In this document: positions 25,913 to 38,228 of the stretch, piece after piece | Layout of the letters: each line of letters opens with the position of its first letter | How positions within the stretch are numbered: position 1 is the stretch's first letter | NCBI RefSeq assembly: GCF_030684315.1 | Contig: NC_081359.1 | Location: forward strand, 72,774,283 to 72,838,282 | Reading direction: 5' to 3' | Length of the DNA: 64,000 nucleotides | Source of the DNA: Stegostoma tigrinum | Taxonomy: Eukaryota | The notes under the pieces: generated by a model | Database searches by the model: none | The model's input: only the letters and a program-made list of their open reading frames with translations | Told to the model about the DNA's origin: nothing | Translations under genes and position numbers: made by a program

Positions 25913-27345
25913 TTCAAAAGTTATTCAATCATAACGGTATTAGGGAGTCATTTGGGGGGGGGGGGAAGGAAGAGAAAAGAATAAAGAAAAAGGGGAAAGA
26001 GAAGGCATGTACAGGTCCCACAAATCATTCCTTCTCAAAGGGGTCCCGCGAGGAAGCGGCTTTATTTCTGAGGGTGAAAACCTCAGTCTGCCTCATCTTG
26101 GGGCGGGAGGAAGGAAAACACCGGGGAGGACCCTACTGTCGGCGGGGGATGACTATCCATCCACACATTCCTTCTAAAAAAAAGGAATTTTGGAACAGAG
26201 GCTGATGTGAATTTCAGGCAAGGAACATTCGCAGACTTCTGAAACTAGTGTTTAATTGCATTATTTTCACTTTAAATCCAGCTTTTCGTGGCCAATTGCG
26301 GACCAGGACCCGTTTCAAAAGGAGGTCCCTTGAAGTCTTGGGTGGGTGGGGGAGAAAGGGAGAGCGTTCCCCCCCCCCCCCCCCACCCCACCCGTACCCA
26401 TTCAACATTTGTCCGAAACATTTGATCACATACCACATAAGACACGTGACAGGTAGAACACAGCGCATTCGGTCAAAGTCTAGTGGTTTAGCAGAAGTTT
26501 AGACAGATCTATTGTTCAAAAATAACACTATTTGCACACCCCTCAACTCGAGGGCCAAGATTGAATCTTGACCTCAGTCAAGTGATTTGATTAAAGATTG
26601 ATACACTTCAAGTGCCTTTGCTAATCGAGTTAAGCAAACCGCCAACATTTTATTATTCCCTATTTAGAATTAACCTCTAATCAGTTTGGGATCTAAACTC
26701 CTTCCAGTTAATGAGCCAATCTGGCGCACTTCATAGAAAGTCAACTAGCGACCTGCAGCAACGTATCCAAGCCTACTTACTTAGTAGGTGTTGCCCGTTA
26801 TTACTAACCTTCAGGATAAACAAGTCCGCGAGAAGCCCATAGTTGGGCAAGTTTGTTAAATGTTGAAAAGAAGAATTCTGTTGTTCAGATTTGTTTCAGT
26901 TGACTAAAACCGAAGTGGAAAATACAGGAACCAGTCTATCCTCTACATAAATTGCGAAGTCTCATTTTCTCCCGCTGTTTAAAACAAATGGTTCTGATTT
27001 GATGACTGAGCCCCTACCAAGTAATTGCCAAATCGAAACTTAAGTTCCTTTTTAAAAAAGGAAGAAACAAGAAAAGGGGAAGAAGTTGGTTTTAACGAAT
27101 ATTTCAAGTCAAAGTCGTTTCTAAAGCTGGTTCATTCCAACTCGACACACACAATGCACTTTGCGCGCCTTATCCTAGATGGACAGTCACTAAACGTTTT
27201 CAGAGAAACATCTTACTTATTCTCCATCAAATTTCCGAACTTGCGAAGTAAATCTCGGATGTCAACTTACATTAGTGCTTCTGCCTCGCCACCCGCTTCC
27301 CCGGGACAGTCCCACCTCTCCTTCCCACCTTCCTCTTCTGTGGGC

Positions 27346-27550
27346 ACTCACCTGAATAACGCGATAGTACCAAGGAGAGAGCGCACAGGCGCTTTTATAG
27401 AGCAGCCCGAGACACTTCACGCATTGAGAAGAATTTGCTGATCAAGGAAATGAGAGACTGCTCCATGGAAGAGCTCTGATTATTTTGAGGAACACAACAG
27501 GGCAAGAGTAAGTGTCCTATTGGCTCCCATAAGCTAATCAACAATTGGTC
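27346..27550 (-). promoter_or_regulatory. Candidate promoter and exon-1 donor of the beta connexin
   Basis: Consensus donor CAG|GTGAGT at 27352/27351; TATAAAA at 27393-27399; CCAAT at 27519-27523 and 27544-27548; upstream edge of the CpG-rich domain. Confidence 0.6.
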
Positions 27551-27714
27551 AAAATTACCATGCCTAATTAAAGCAGCAGAAAAACAGAACAAATCAATAA
27601 TTACATTCTAACGTTAGTATTTAAAATACACTCAAAGGGGAATTGTGACACAGTGATAGTATCCCCACCTCTGAGTCATATAATGCTGGCTCAAGTCCCA
27701 CCTACCTCAATGGT

Positions 27715-28002
27715 ATTTGGATAGGTACATGAATAGGAAAGGTTTAAAGGAATATGGCTCAATAAAAGTTGCAGCTGAATGGGGCTCTCTGATGAAGGGT
27801 CTAGGCCTGAAACGTCAGCTTTTGTGCTCTTGAGATGCTGCTTGGCATGCTGTGTTCATCCAGCTCCACACTTTGTTATCTTGGATTCTCCAGCATCTGC
27901 AGTTCCCATTATGACTGGTAAATGGGACTTGTTTAGTTTGGGAAACTTGGTCAGCATAGTTAAGTTGGACCAAAGGATCTGTATTTTTGCTGTCTGACTC
28001 TA
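27715..28002 (+). mobile_element. CR1 3' end interrupted by a hammerhead-bearing family A element (about 27785-27912)
   Basis: CR1 tail ttggataggtacatgaataggaaagg..ggaccaaaggatctgt..gactcta; insert CTGATGA(27789)agggtctaggcctGAAACGTCagcttt..gcagttcccattat. Confidence 0.8.
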
Positions 28003-28094
28003 ATAATTTAAATTACTCCTAACAGTTGAAGAAGGTTTCAAGTAGGTCAATAAACCCAACTGCCACTTTTCAAGGAGACTTAAAATTTGGGAAG

Positions 28095-28330
28095 TCATTA
28101 GCATTGTGGTGATGTCACTGGATTAGTTAACCAGAATGCCAGGTTAATGTTCTGGGGACATGGGTTTGAATCCCGCACAGTAGATGATGGAAAAAAAAAT
28201 CTGAAATTGCAAGTTAACCTAATGGTGACCATGTAACTATTGTTAATTGTAAAAACCCCTCTGATTCACTAATGCCTTTTAGGAAAGGAGGTCTGTCACT
28301 CCTACCCAGGCTGGCCTACATGTGGGGTGG
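28095..28330 (+). mobile_element. Deu-domain SINE (SacSINE1-like)
   Basis: gtggtgatgtcactggattag..gggtttgaatccc..ctgattcactaatgccttttaggaaaggaggtctg..ggctggcctacatgtg. Confidence 0.7.
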
Positions 28331-28494
28331 GCTATAATTTCCACATCTCTAAATTCCATGAACGAATATATTGAAAGGGTGCAGCAGAAATGAGATAAAC
28401 AACCAAAATAATTTTGCATCCTCCTTTCTAGAAATGATGCATTATAGTTTTAGTAAGACTAACAAGAAAGTCCTCCACACACTCTCACCCTGAC

Positions 28495-28780
28495 TACACC
28501 ATGTAGCCATTTAGCCTCTCAAATTGATTCCACCATTTAACATAATGACGCTGATCAGTATCCTAAGTCTATTAAAGTCAACTGGCTTCATATTCCTTAC
28601 AACCTCAGCTAATAAAACCATATTGGGTTCAGATTAAAAATCATTGAGTGAGCCAGCATCTTTTGTTTTTCTCGGAGATGTTCCAAATTTCTGCCACTCT
28701 TTGGATGAAAGATTTTTTGAACTTCTGCCTGAGTGGCCTGTCTCTGATTTTAAGAATATGGGCTGAATTTTCCCATTTCT
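28495..28780 (-). mobile_element. Old CR1 3' end
   Basis: gccatttagcctctcaaa..gatgttccaaatttctgccactctttggatgaaaga (reverse complement of the FxQRVxxxWN region). Confidence 0.55.
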
Positions 28781-29639
28781 TGGCAAAGTGTTTTTCAAGT
28801 GAGATTTGTGGTACTCAGTCCTCCGTGGCCCATGAGCACTTTTCTCACATAATCTTCCACACTTTATCTCTTTAACTGAGCAACCAGACACTTCAGCACC
28901 TATCTCATGAAATCACACAGCAGGGCAGATGGATGTACTCACTGCTGCTGGGCATTCACCACTGGGAACTGTCATTCACACGTGGTCGTGCACAGAAAGG
29001 GAAGTTAGCCCTTCAACTTGCAGACAGAGGTCTGGAGGTGCTGGTGACCGGATGGTGGTGAGGCTGACAGTGAGTTTTTGTTGCTGTCTGGTAAAGGAGG
29101 CTAGGCCATCAGACTTAGCCAGCCTGGACTGCAGCGCCTCAGTTGAAATGCAATGCACAACATGACAGGAAGGTGGTCAGTAACTGTCTGTGTTCTGCAA
29201 GGATAAGTGCTATAAACTTCCTTGTACCACGTCATACTTGTAGGGCGATCACTCACTCAAACCTGCCACTGCACCAAGGCTCATGGACTACAACTCAGTA
29301 CTACACTCAATAGCATTCACTGACTTCATTCCCCCAAAGTCCTTCCATCCCTCTGTGGTTCCTATCCACTGCCTGGGGTACTTCATCATTTTTTTCTGTC
29401 CCCTGCATTGCCACTAATGGCTGTGCTATCCTCTTCCACCATGCTCCTTCCCACTTTTTGTCTAATTGAAGGAAAATATATCTCACAACTAGGCCATGAG
29501 GGCAAAGACCAATGGGTGGGAGGCAGGGGAAGGGGGTGGGTGGGACTTTGGGCTCCTCACGCCATATAAGGGAAATGTGTTTGATTTAGCCAGAAATAGC
29601 ATGACCTCTCATGTAAGGAGCCAGAAAACACAATAGGCA

Positions 29640-30200
29640 ACATTGTCAATACAGTGCGGAGCTGGAGGAAAACTGCAGGTCAGGTAGCATCAGTGGAGCA
29701 GGAGGGGGCCTGCACCCTTCATCAGGACTAAGGAGTGGGAAGGGAGGAGGGATGGGGCTGGTGGAAGGTAGGTGGGAAGGCAATAGGTGGATGTAGGTGA
29801 GGTAGTGGGATTTGGTCAGTGGGAAGAGTGGGTCAGATAGATGGGGAAGAGGATGGACAGGTAGTGTTGGGTCCAGGAGGCGGGGATAAGAGCAAAACTG
29901 GTGAATTCTATGTTCAGTCTGTCAGGCTAGAATATGAGGTGTTGTTCCTCCAGTTTGCGTGTGGTATCATTGTGATGCTGGAGGACGCCCAGGATGCCAT
30001 GTCACCAAGGGACTGAGAGGGGGAGTTAAAATGGTTAGTGACTAGAAGGTGTTGTCATTTGTTGTCTACAGAGCGCAGATGTTGTACAAAATGGTCCCCG
30101 AGTCTACGCTTGGCCACGTCAGGAACAGCAGATACAGTAGACCAGGTTGGAGGATGTACAAGTGAACACCTGTCAGAAATGGAACGTTTGTCTTGGGCTT
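29640..30200 (-). mobile_element. Penelope-like element 3' fragment
   Basis: KRRLGDHFVQHLRSVDNK; terminal repeat gcggagctggaggaaaactgcaggtcagg..cccttcatcag. Confidence 0.8.
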
Positions 30201-30774
30201 CCATCTGACGAGTAAACATCATTGTGCTGTGCTGCACTGCTCTCACATTATCAACAACACTAATTCATTCTTAACCTCTAACTACTCTTTCTCCATCTTA
30301 GTGTTAATTCCCTTCTCTTGTGCAAATGCGAGCATCATCCAATGAGCTTCTGACCGGAACCTACTGGAGTCCCTCTACTCCACCTCCACTTCTGAGGAGG
30401 AAGCATTTTCGAGACTTTCATCTGCACCTTCCACCATCTCACAGACTTTCACCTCATTCGCTTCTCTATCTAGATTAGACTCAGGAACACACTTCAGTGA
30501 GCACACGACTGACACATATCCACAGCTGGCTGAGGAAGAAATGCCCAAGGCTGCTGGCACTTAGAGAACCACCAGAACCAGGCACTGGCTCAGCCTCAGA
30601 TAGGAGATGATCCCATAGCGTTGAACATTAAAGACTTTATCAAAATACACAAACAGGCACAGGAAAAACAGGCAGGCATATCCGAGACAGTTCACATCTG
30701 GATGGAGTTCACTCACATTTTCAGTACAGTGCTGGCTCTTGTACATATGCATCTGGCAGCCTCCATAAACAGGC

Positions 30775-31290
30775 TGTCGACATCTGTAGAGAGAGAAACA
30801 CAGTCATGTTTGAAGTTCAGTCTGACTGTTCTTCAGAACTGTTGACAGAGAGGGAAGAGTGAGTGCAACAGATGGTGAGGGTGCCCAGAGCAAAAGACAA
30901 AGAGAGAAGGTATAATAGGAGCAGGAAAGCTGGTGTTTTGGGTCAGGACCGTTCTTCATGAGGGTCCCGACCCAAAACATCAGCTTTCCTGCTCCTCTGA
31001 TGCTGCCTGGTCTGCTGTATTCCTCCAGCTGCACGCTGTGTTATCTCTGACTCCAGCATTGGCAGTTCTTACTATCTCTCAGGTACAATGTGCATGTTTT
31101 ATATCTGTTTATCTCCTTTACCTCCACTATTATCACTCTTTTTATCTTTGGCTATGGGCACCATCATCATCTGTTCCACTTACTCCTCCTCCCCTTTGTC
31201 AACTGCTTAAGCATAACTTTCAAGCCCCCTTCAGTTATGATCTGACTTCAAATGTTCACACATGCTGCCAGACCTGCTGAGTTTCTGAGT
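30775..31290. mobile_element. Nested PLE-derived palindromes
   Basis: Outer arms ~30840-30905 / 31140-31205; inner insert 30917-31080 with arms aggagcaggaaagctggtgttttgggtc / gacccaaaacatcagctttcctgctcct and TSD aggtataat/aggtacaat. Confidence 0.75.
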
Positions 31291-31994
31291 GCAGGGACCT
31301 GTGCTCTATCACTCTATCATTATCAGTGGCAAGGTGAGAGGAAGGTGAAGGGTCTCAATCTTGCTCCATGTGCCCCTTTATCTCAGATAGAAATGGTAGT
31401 GCCAGTAGGTAGCCAGATGGAGAAGGAGGAGGCTCACACAGGATCAGCCCTTCCACCTCCATCTCATCTGTGATGCCAAAACCAGCAGAATTCCAAGCTG
31501 AGAAGGGTGAGCCTGCATCTGAGCAGGATACTGTCAGCAGGCCTGATTGCTTCAGCTCCAAATACTGGTCAAGTCTTCCCGACCAATAGGCCCAGTTCCA
31601 AAGAACAGTGACACAAGACTTGGAACATTACCTTAGCTTGTCTCTCTATAAATGCTGCAGGATCCATTGGGGTTCTCCCAGCATTCTCTGTGTTTGTAAC
31701 AGGCCATTTACAAGACAGGCTGTCTCCATTCCAGCTTTTGGCACTGGGACTGTACTCAGACATAAAGAGAGACAAAGAATGAAAAATCAACCTTAGGGCA
31801 GATAGGTGGCACATTGTTGTATATTACAAATCATTATAAAGTTTCTTGCTTGTTTGTAAATGTATACATGTGTCTGCACTCTTAAAATGTGTACTGTAAT
31901 GTTTTTGTCACTGTTAGAACTGGGTAAGTTACACTCATCTGGGAGATGAGCAGCTCTTCAGATATCCCAAGGATGAAAGAATTTGTTATGGCCA

Positions 31995-33195
31995 AGGGTT
32001 GTCTACATGGACTTTAGTAAGGTCTTTGACAAGGTTCTGCATGGTCAACTGGTTTGTATGGTTTGATCACATGGGATCCAGGGAAATCTAGCTAATTGGA
32101 TACAAAATTGGCTTGAAAGTAGGAGTTGGAGGGTGGTGGTAGAGGGGTGTTGTTCAGACTGGAGGCTTGTGACTAGTGGTGTGCCGCAAGAATCGGTGCT
32201 GGGTCCATTGTTGTTCATCATTATATAAATGATTTGGATAAGAATATAGGAGGCATGGTTATTAAGTTTGTGGATGACACCAAAATTAGTGGGTATAGTG
32301 GATAATAAGCAAGGTTATCTAAGAGTAAAATGGGATATTGATCAAATGGGCCAGTGGGCTGAGAAATAGCAGATGGAGTTTAATTAGGATAAATGCAAAG
32401 TGCTGCGTTTTGGTAAATCACATCAGGGCAGGATTTGCACAGTTAATGGTAGGGCTCAGGAGAGTGTTGTCGAAGAAAGAGACCTAGGGGTGCAGAAGCA
32501 TAGTTCTGTGAAAGTAGCATCACAGGTATTCAGGGTGGTGAAGAAGGCATTTGGCATGCTTGCCTTCATCGGTCAGAGCACTGAGTACAGGATTTGGAAC
32601 GTCATGTTACGGCTGTACCAAACATTAGTAAGGCCACATTTGGAGAACTGTGTGCAATTCTGGTCACCCTGCAACAGGAAGGATGTTATTAAATTGTAAC
32701 TGTAAAGGGTGCAAAAATGATTTATAAAGATATTACTGAGACTGGATGGTTTGAGTTCAAGGAGAAGCTGGACAGACTGGCATGTTTGTCCTCGGAGTGT
32801 AGGAGGTTGAGGGGTGACCTTACAGAGGTTTATAAAATCATGAGGGTTATAGATAAGGTGAATAGCCAAGGTCTTTTCCCCATGGTAGAGGAGTCCAAAA
32901 CTAGAAGATCTTTTTTAAGGTCAGAGGAATGAGATTTAGAAGGAACCTGAGGGACAACTGTTTCACACAGAGGATAGTGCATGTATGGAATGAGCTGCCA
33001 GAGGAAATGGTAGAGGCGAATACAATCACAACATTTAAAAGATGTTTGGACAGGTACATGGATAGGAAAGATTTTGAGGGAAATTGGCCAAACATGGCCA
33101 AATGGGATTTAGTTCAGTTTAGGAAACCTGATCAACATGATTGAGTTGGGCTGAAAGGTCTGTTTCTGTGCTGTATGATTCTTTGACTCTACGAT
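31995..33195 (+). mobile_element. 5'-truncated CR1/HER1 LINE
   Basis: [60 protein letters not shown]; tail ctgtatgattctttgactcta. Confidence 0.92.
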
Positions 33196-33759
33196 TACTC
33201 AGTGCTCTTGAATAAACAACTCCCCTACTCCAGGTCACATCAGACATGATGGATCGTTCAGCTGTGATGTTGATGACTGCAGCCAAGACATTGTATTTTA
33301 AGGTGGATAATACCGAGGCTGAAAGCAATGCACACGGTTTGTGGTAGGGCCTGACCTGCACAAATCATCCAGACTTACACATTGTGAATGACAGTAATCT
33401 ACAACAATTTCACACAACCCTGGAGGCAAATGTTCATTTTTTGTATCAAAGGAGTACACTGCCATTCAAAGTTAGATGATGTACAATGGGTAGGTTACAT
33501 GCCTACTCTCCCTCATGGTGCATTGGACTTCCAAGAAATCCGCACAAAGTGTGACATATCTCAGGTTAAATGCTGTCTTACAGGCTGTGTAGGCATTCCA
33601 GGACAATTGATTAGTCTACATGAATTTTTGAAACATTTATTGTCATGTGTATTTAACATAAAACCGTGTGAGAGGTGTGTGTCATTGCCATGCGTTGGCT
33701 CGATTCTCATTAACTTAATATAAAGTAAGCAGGAAGTAGGTTTCAATTAGGTATTGTTT

Positions 33760-34870
33760 GGTTTTTTGCGCTCAACAATGCATTGTTCTGTCATGTTTTC
33801 TTGAATATCCCTTACAGTTAACATCCTGTTTCTCTTCCTCATCCATATCCCCAGAGTTCGCTGTTGATCCCCCATTTCCTTTGCATTTAGGACGCCTTAC
33901 CTTTCCAGTTTCAGTAGTGAAGGACACAGCATGACACAATGATGCAGCATACACTATCAGCAAGGCATTGCCTGAATGTTCAGGAATTGAAACCTCATCT
34001 TAAGGAAGCTGATGGAACATTAGCAGTATCACACCCTGGCTCTACACCAGCCTGAGGGCTTTATAATCAGTTATATTTGGATGGGGTAACCAAAGTCTCT
34101 CAATTGCTTGGAGAATTTTTATGAGGCAGGAACTTATGTGTTCTCTTTTATGTAAGAGTCATGACAGCTCCCAGGATATCTGGGGTGTGGAACTCTAGAA
34201 TCTGGTACCTATGGTTACAGATAATTGGATGATTGATAGAGTGGAGGCCTTTTCTGATGATGAACTGGGCACCCTCAAAGCAACATGTGTGCAGATTATA
34301 GTGCCATTTACCTGGGTCAAATCAGTTATGGTGGTGAATCCCGTTGCCCAGACTGCTTGACTCATATTGTCATAGTGGAGGGTTATAAACAGGGGCAATC
34401 TGGAAAAAATGGTATCAGTGGCATTCTGGATGCATTGGTGGAGTGAGATTTGGAAAATTCCCCAGTTGCTCCCCAAAACAAGTCAGTGGCATAAAAATTG
34501 AAGACAGCTGTTACCTTGATGGCCAATGATTTAGAGGGCCCCATTCCACCTTCAGCAGATGATACACTTTAGTGACGATAGAGTGATGCATTCTCGGTTT
34601 GTATCTGCCCTGTGTCCCTCAGAGCTGTAGGGTCTTACAGTGAGGCCTGTAGATGCAGAGTCTGGTTATTCTCCTCTGCTTCCCAAGGTATGGTCCTCAC
34701 TTACTGCATCTCACTCAAGACACCATGTAGCAGATGCTGGAAGTTTCTGTTCTTCATAACAAATTTGTATTTGCTGTGTCCTTCAATGCTATCTTCAGGT
34801 TGTCTTCAGGGCCATAAACTAAATATGATTCAGAAGTGCTAAACCCAGGTGTGACTTCTAAAGTTAGTGT
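33760..34870 (-). mobile_element. PIF/Harbinger transposase pseudogene (HARBI1-like)
   Basis: Minus-strand motifs in order: QVNGTIICTHVAL, RKGLHSIN, RYPGSCHDSYI, DFGYP, VCCIIVSCCVLH, acidic DMDEEE. Confidence 0.8.
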
Positions 34871-35843
34871 CTGATTAGATTAATCTGACATGACAAAGTT
34901 TCAAATTTGTCTCCTCATAAGTGGCTTGAAAGCTCCACCTCTGACGCAGGATGATTCCAAATCCTTTGTTTCATTTTATGTTGTTGTTCCTGAATTCCCA
35001 ATGACCTTTGAACCCCACCCTTTCGCCTCTCTGTCCCCAACTCTTTTGGCTGTTTAATGCTCCAAGTGTGACTCGCTCCCTTGGCATTAAAAGGCAAGGC
35101 AAGCCACAGAGACAGACGGCCTCTAAGTAAGTGCAAAGTGAGGATAGAGGATAGTACAAGAGGATAACTAGGGAAAAGGTGGGGCCAATCAAGAATAAAG
35201 GAGGTAACTTGTGCTTGGAGGCAGAGGATGTGAGTGAGATCCTTAATGAATACTTTGCGCCAGTATTCACCCTGGAGAAGAATGTAGAGGATAGTGACAT
35301 TTGTGTGGAGCGTGCTAATATGACTTTGAGTTCAAGAATGAAGTGGTATCCTTATTGGGTATCTTGAAGAGCATTAAGGTGGATAAATTCCCAGGACCTG
35401 ATAGTATCTACCCCAGCTTATTGAGTCAGACAAGAGAGGAGATTTCTGGGGCCTTGATCATGATGTTGTATCCTCGTTAGCCACTGGCAAGGCCCTGGAG
35501 GACTGGTGAGTAGCTAATGTTGTTCCTCTATTCAAGAAGGGAAATAGGGCTAATCCAGGAAACCGTGGACCGGTGGGTCTCACATCGATGGTTGGGAAGC
35601 TATTGAAGAGAATTCTTAGGGATAGGATTTACATGCATTTGGAAAAGAATGGCCTAATTGGGGCAGTCAGCACAGCTTTGTACAGGGCGGGTCATGTCTC
35701 ATTAACTTGATTGAATTTTTCGAGGAGGTGACAAAGGTAGCCGATGAGGGTAGATCAGTGGATGTTGTGTACATGGATTTTAATAAGGCTTTCGACACGG
35801 TGCCTCAGAGTAGGCTCATCCAGAAGATTAAGATGCATAGGAT

Positions 35844-35982
35844 CTAGTTCTGAGCAAGTGTCACCAGAGCCGAAATGTTAACTCTGTTTTCTTCTCCACA
35901 GATGCTGCCAGACCAACTGGGCTTTTCCAGCAACTTTGTTTTTGTTCCTGATTTACAGCATCCGCACTTTTGGTTTTAATTT
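35844..35982 (+). mobile_element. Family B short element beginning at the hammerhead stem I
   Basis: TSD tgcataggat at 35834-35843 and 35983-35992; agttCTGAGCA..ccGAAATGTTaact. Confidence 0.85.
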
Positions 35983-36141
35983 TGCATAGGATTCATGGTG
36001 ACTTATCTATGTAGATTCAGTCTTGGCTTGGCCATAGAAGGCTGCAGGTAGTGGTGGAAGGTTGTTTTTCAGGCTGGAGTTCCCTGACTAGTGGTGTTCT
36101 GCAGGGATCTGTACTAGGATGTGATATATGTAAATGACTTG

Positions 36142-36560
36142 CGAGTTTTGAGAAGATTTGTAGCTCAGGTTGAGGTTCCGGATGTGAGTTTGCCCGCTGA
36201 GCTGGAAGGTTAGTTTTCAGACGTTTTGTCACCATTCCAGGTAACATCATCAGTGAGCCTCCGATGAAGCGCTGGTGTTATGTCCCGCTTTCTATTTATC
36301 TGTTTAGGTTTCCTTGGATTGGTGATGTCATTGCCTGCGTTGGTGATGTCATTTCCTGTTCTTTTTCTCAGAGGATGGTAGATTGGCTCCAAATTAATGT
36401 GTTTGTTGATGGAGTTCCGGTTGGAATGCCATGCTTCTAGGAATTCCTAAACAGATAAATAGAAAGCGGGACATAACACCAGCGCTTCATCGGAGGCTCA
36501 CTGATGATGTTACCTAGAATGGTGACGAAACGTCTGAAAACTAACCTTCCAGCTCAGTGA
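36142..36560 (-). mobile_element. Young Penelope-like 3' fragment with inverted terminal repeat
   Basis: TSD gtaaatgacttg at 36130-36141 and 36561-36572; arms 36197-36308 / 36446-36558; minus-strand EFLEAWHSNRNSINKHINLEPIYHPL (PLE endonuclease C-terminus). Confidence 0.9.
36498..36537 (+). ncRNA. Minimal type-I hammerhead ribozyme motif
   Basis: tca CTGATGA t gttacc-tagaat-ggtgac GAAA C GTC tga: intact core, 6-bp stem II, palindromic AC/GT stem III, GUC cleavage triplet. Confidence 0.75.
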
Positions 36561-37054
36561 GTAAATGACTTGGATGAAAATCTAGTTGGTTGGGTTAGTA
36601 AATTTACAGATGATACTAAGATCAATGGAGTTGTGGATAGTGTCAAAGGTTGCAATGAGATATAAATCAGTTGCAGAAGTGGGCAGAGAAATGGCAGATA
36701 AAGTTTAATCTATGTAAGTGTGAGGTGCTGCACTTCGGGAGATCAAATTTTAAGGAAAAGTATACAGTTAATGGCATGACTCTGAACAACATTGATTTAC
36801 AGAAGGATCTTGGGCTTCAAGTCCACAGCTCCCTGAAAGTGGCCACACAAGTAGATAGGGAGGTAAAGAAGGCATATGGCATGCTTGCCTTTATTGGTCA
36901 GGGAATTGAGTACAAGAATCAGGATGTCATGTTGCAGCTTTATAAAACTTTGGTTCGGTCACACTTAGAGTAATGCATTCAGTTTTGATCGTCACATTAC
37001 AGGAAGAATGTGAAGGCTTTGAAGAGGGTGCTGAAGAGGTTTACCAGGATGATG

Positions 37055-37720
37055 AGATAGTAGGAACTGCCAATGCTAGAGAATCTGCGATAACAAGGTA
37101 TAGAGGTGGATGAACACAGCAGGCCAAGCAGCATCAGAGGAGCAGGAAAACTGACATTTCAGTTTGAGACCCTTCTTCAGAAATGGGGGAGGGGAAGGAC
37201 ATTCTGAAATAAATAGGGAGAAAGGGGGAGGTGGATAGAAGATGGATAAAGGAGAAGATAGGTGGAGAGGAGACAGACTGATAAAGGAGGCAGGGTTGGA
37301 GCCAGTAAAGATGAGTGTAGGTGGGGAGTTAGGGAGGGGATAGGTCAGTCCAGGGAGGACGGACAGGTCAAGGAGGTGGGATGAGGCCAGTAGGTAGGAG
37401 ATGGGGGTGGGGCCTGAGGTGGGAGGACAGTTTAGGGAGGCAGGTATGAGCTGGGCTGATTTTGGGATGTGGTTGGGGGAGGGGAGATTTTGAAGCGTGT
37501 GAAGTTCACATTGATACCATTGGGCTGCAGGGCTGCAGCGAAATATGAGATGCTGTTCCTGCAACCTTTGGGTGGCATTGTTGTGGCACTGCAGGAGGCC
37601 CAGGATGGACATGTCATCTAAGGAGTGGGAGGGGGAGTTGAAATGGTTCGCGACTGGGAGGTGCAGTTGTTTGTTGCAAACCGAGCGGAGGTGTTCCACA
37701 AAGTGGTCCCCCAGCCTTGC
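37055..37720 (-). mobile_element. Penelope-like element 3' region (endonuclease plus family A terminus)
   Basis: EHLRSVCNKQLHLPVANHFNSPSHSLDDMSILGLLQC..QEQHLIFR; downstream CTGAAGAagggtctcaaactGAAATGTCagt (37150-37182) and the family A tail. Confidence 0.9.
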
Positions 37721-37998
37721 TTGGAGGGTATTGTATTTAAGTTGGGGGGGAAGTTCAAAGGAGATGTGAGGGGCACATTTTTCACACAGAGAATCATAGG
37801 AGTGTGGAATGCGCTGTCAGATGTGGTGGTGGAGGTAGATATGATAGGGGCATTTAAGAGACTTTTAGATAGCACATGAATATGCAAGGAATGGAAGGAT
37901 ATGGACCAAGGGCAGGTTGAAGGGATTAGTTCAATTTAGCGTCATGTTTGGCATAACATTGTGGGCCAAAGGGCCCATTCTTGTGCTGTACAGTTCTA

Positions 37999-38228
37999 CA
38001 TAAAAACTGAAAGAACTGCGGATGCTGTAAATCAGGAACAAAAACAAAGTTGCTGGAGAAGCTCAGCAGGTGTGGCAAAGAAAACATAGCGTTAATGTTT
38101 TGGCTCCAGTGACCCTTTCTCAGAATGGTTCTGAGGAAGGGTCATCGGGCCCGAAAAGTTAACTCTGTTTCTTCTTTCACAGATGCGGCCAACCCTGCTG
38201 AGTTTTTCCAGCAACTTTGCTTTTGTTC
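37999..38228. mobile_element. Family B palindromic element inserted in the CR1 tail
   Basis: TSD ctgtacagttcta at 37986-37998 and 38229-38241; symmetry centre ctcagaa-tgg-ttctgag just 5' of CTGAGGA(38131). Confidence 0.88.

Larger units (their letters stand above)
28960..31560 (+). mobile_element. Harbinger Myb/SANT-like partner gene remnant (interrupted)
   Basis: PQLADRGLEVLV (~29010), NAQHDRKVVSNCLCSAR (~29150) followed by a donor-like site, then KENISHN*AMRAKTNG (~29470); convergent with the transposase at 33760-34870. Confidence 0.5.

Noticed and set aside
25050-25934. 294-aa plus-strand ORF
   Set aside because: Antisense shadow of the GC-rich connexin CDS; no recognisable protein features
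26341-26395. G-run/C-run, possible G-quadruplex or hairpin in the intron
   Set aside because: Homopolymer runs are common here (24816, 25954); no independent support
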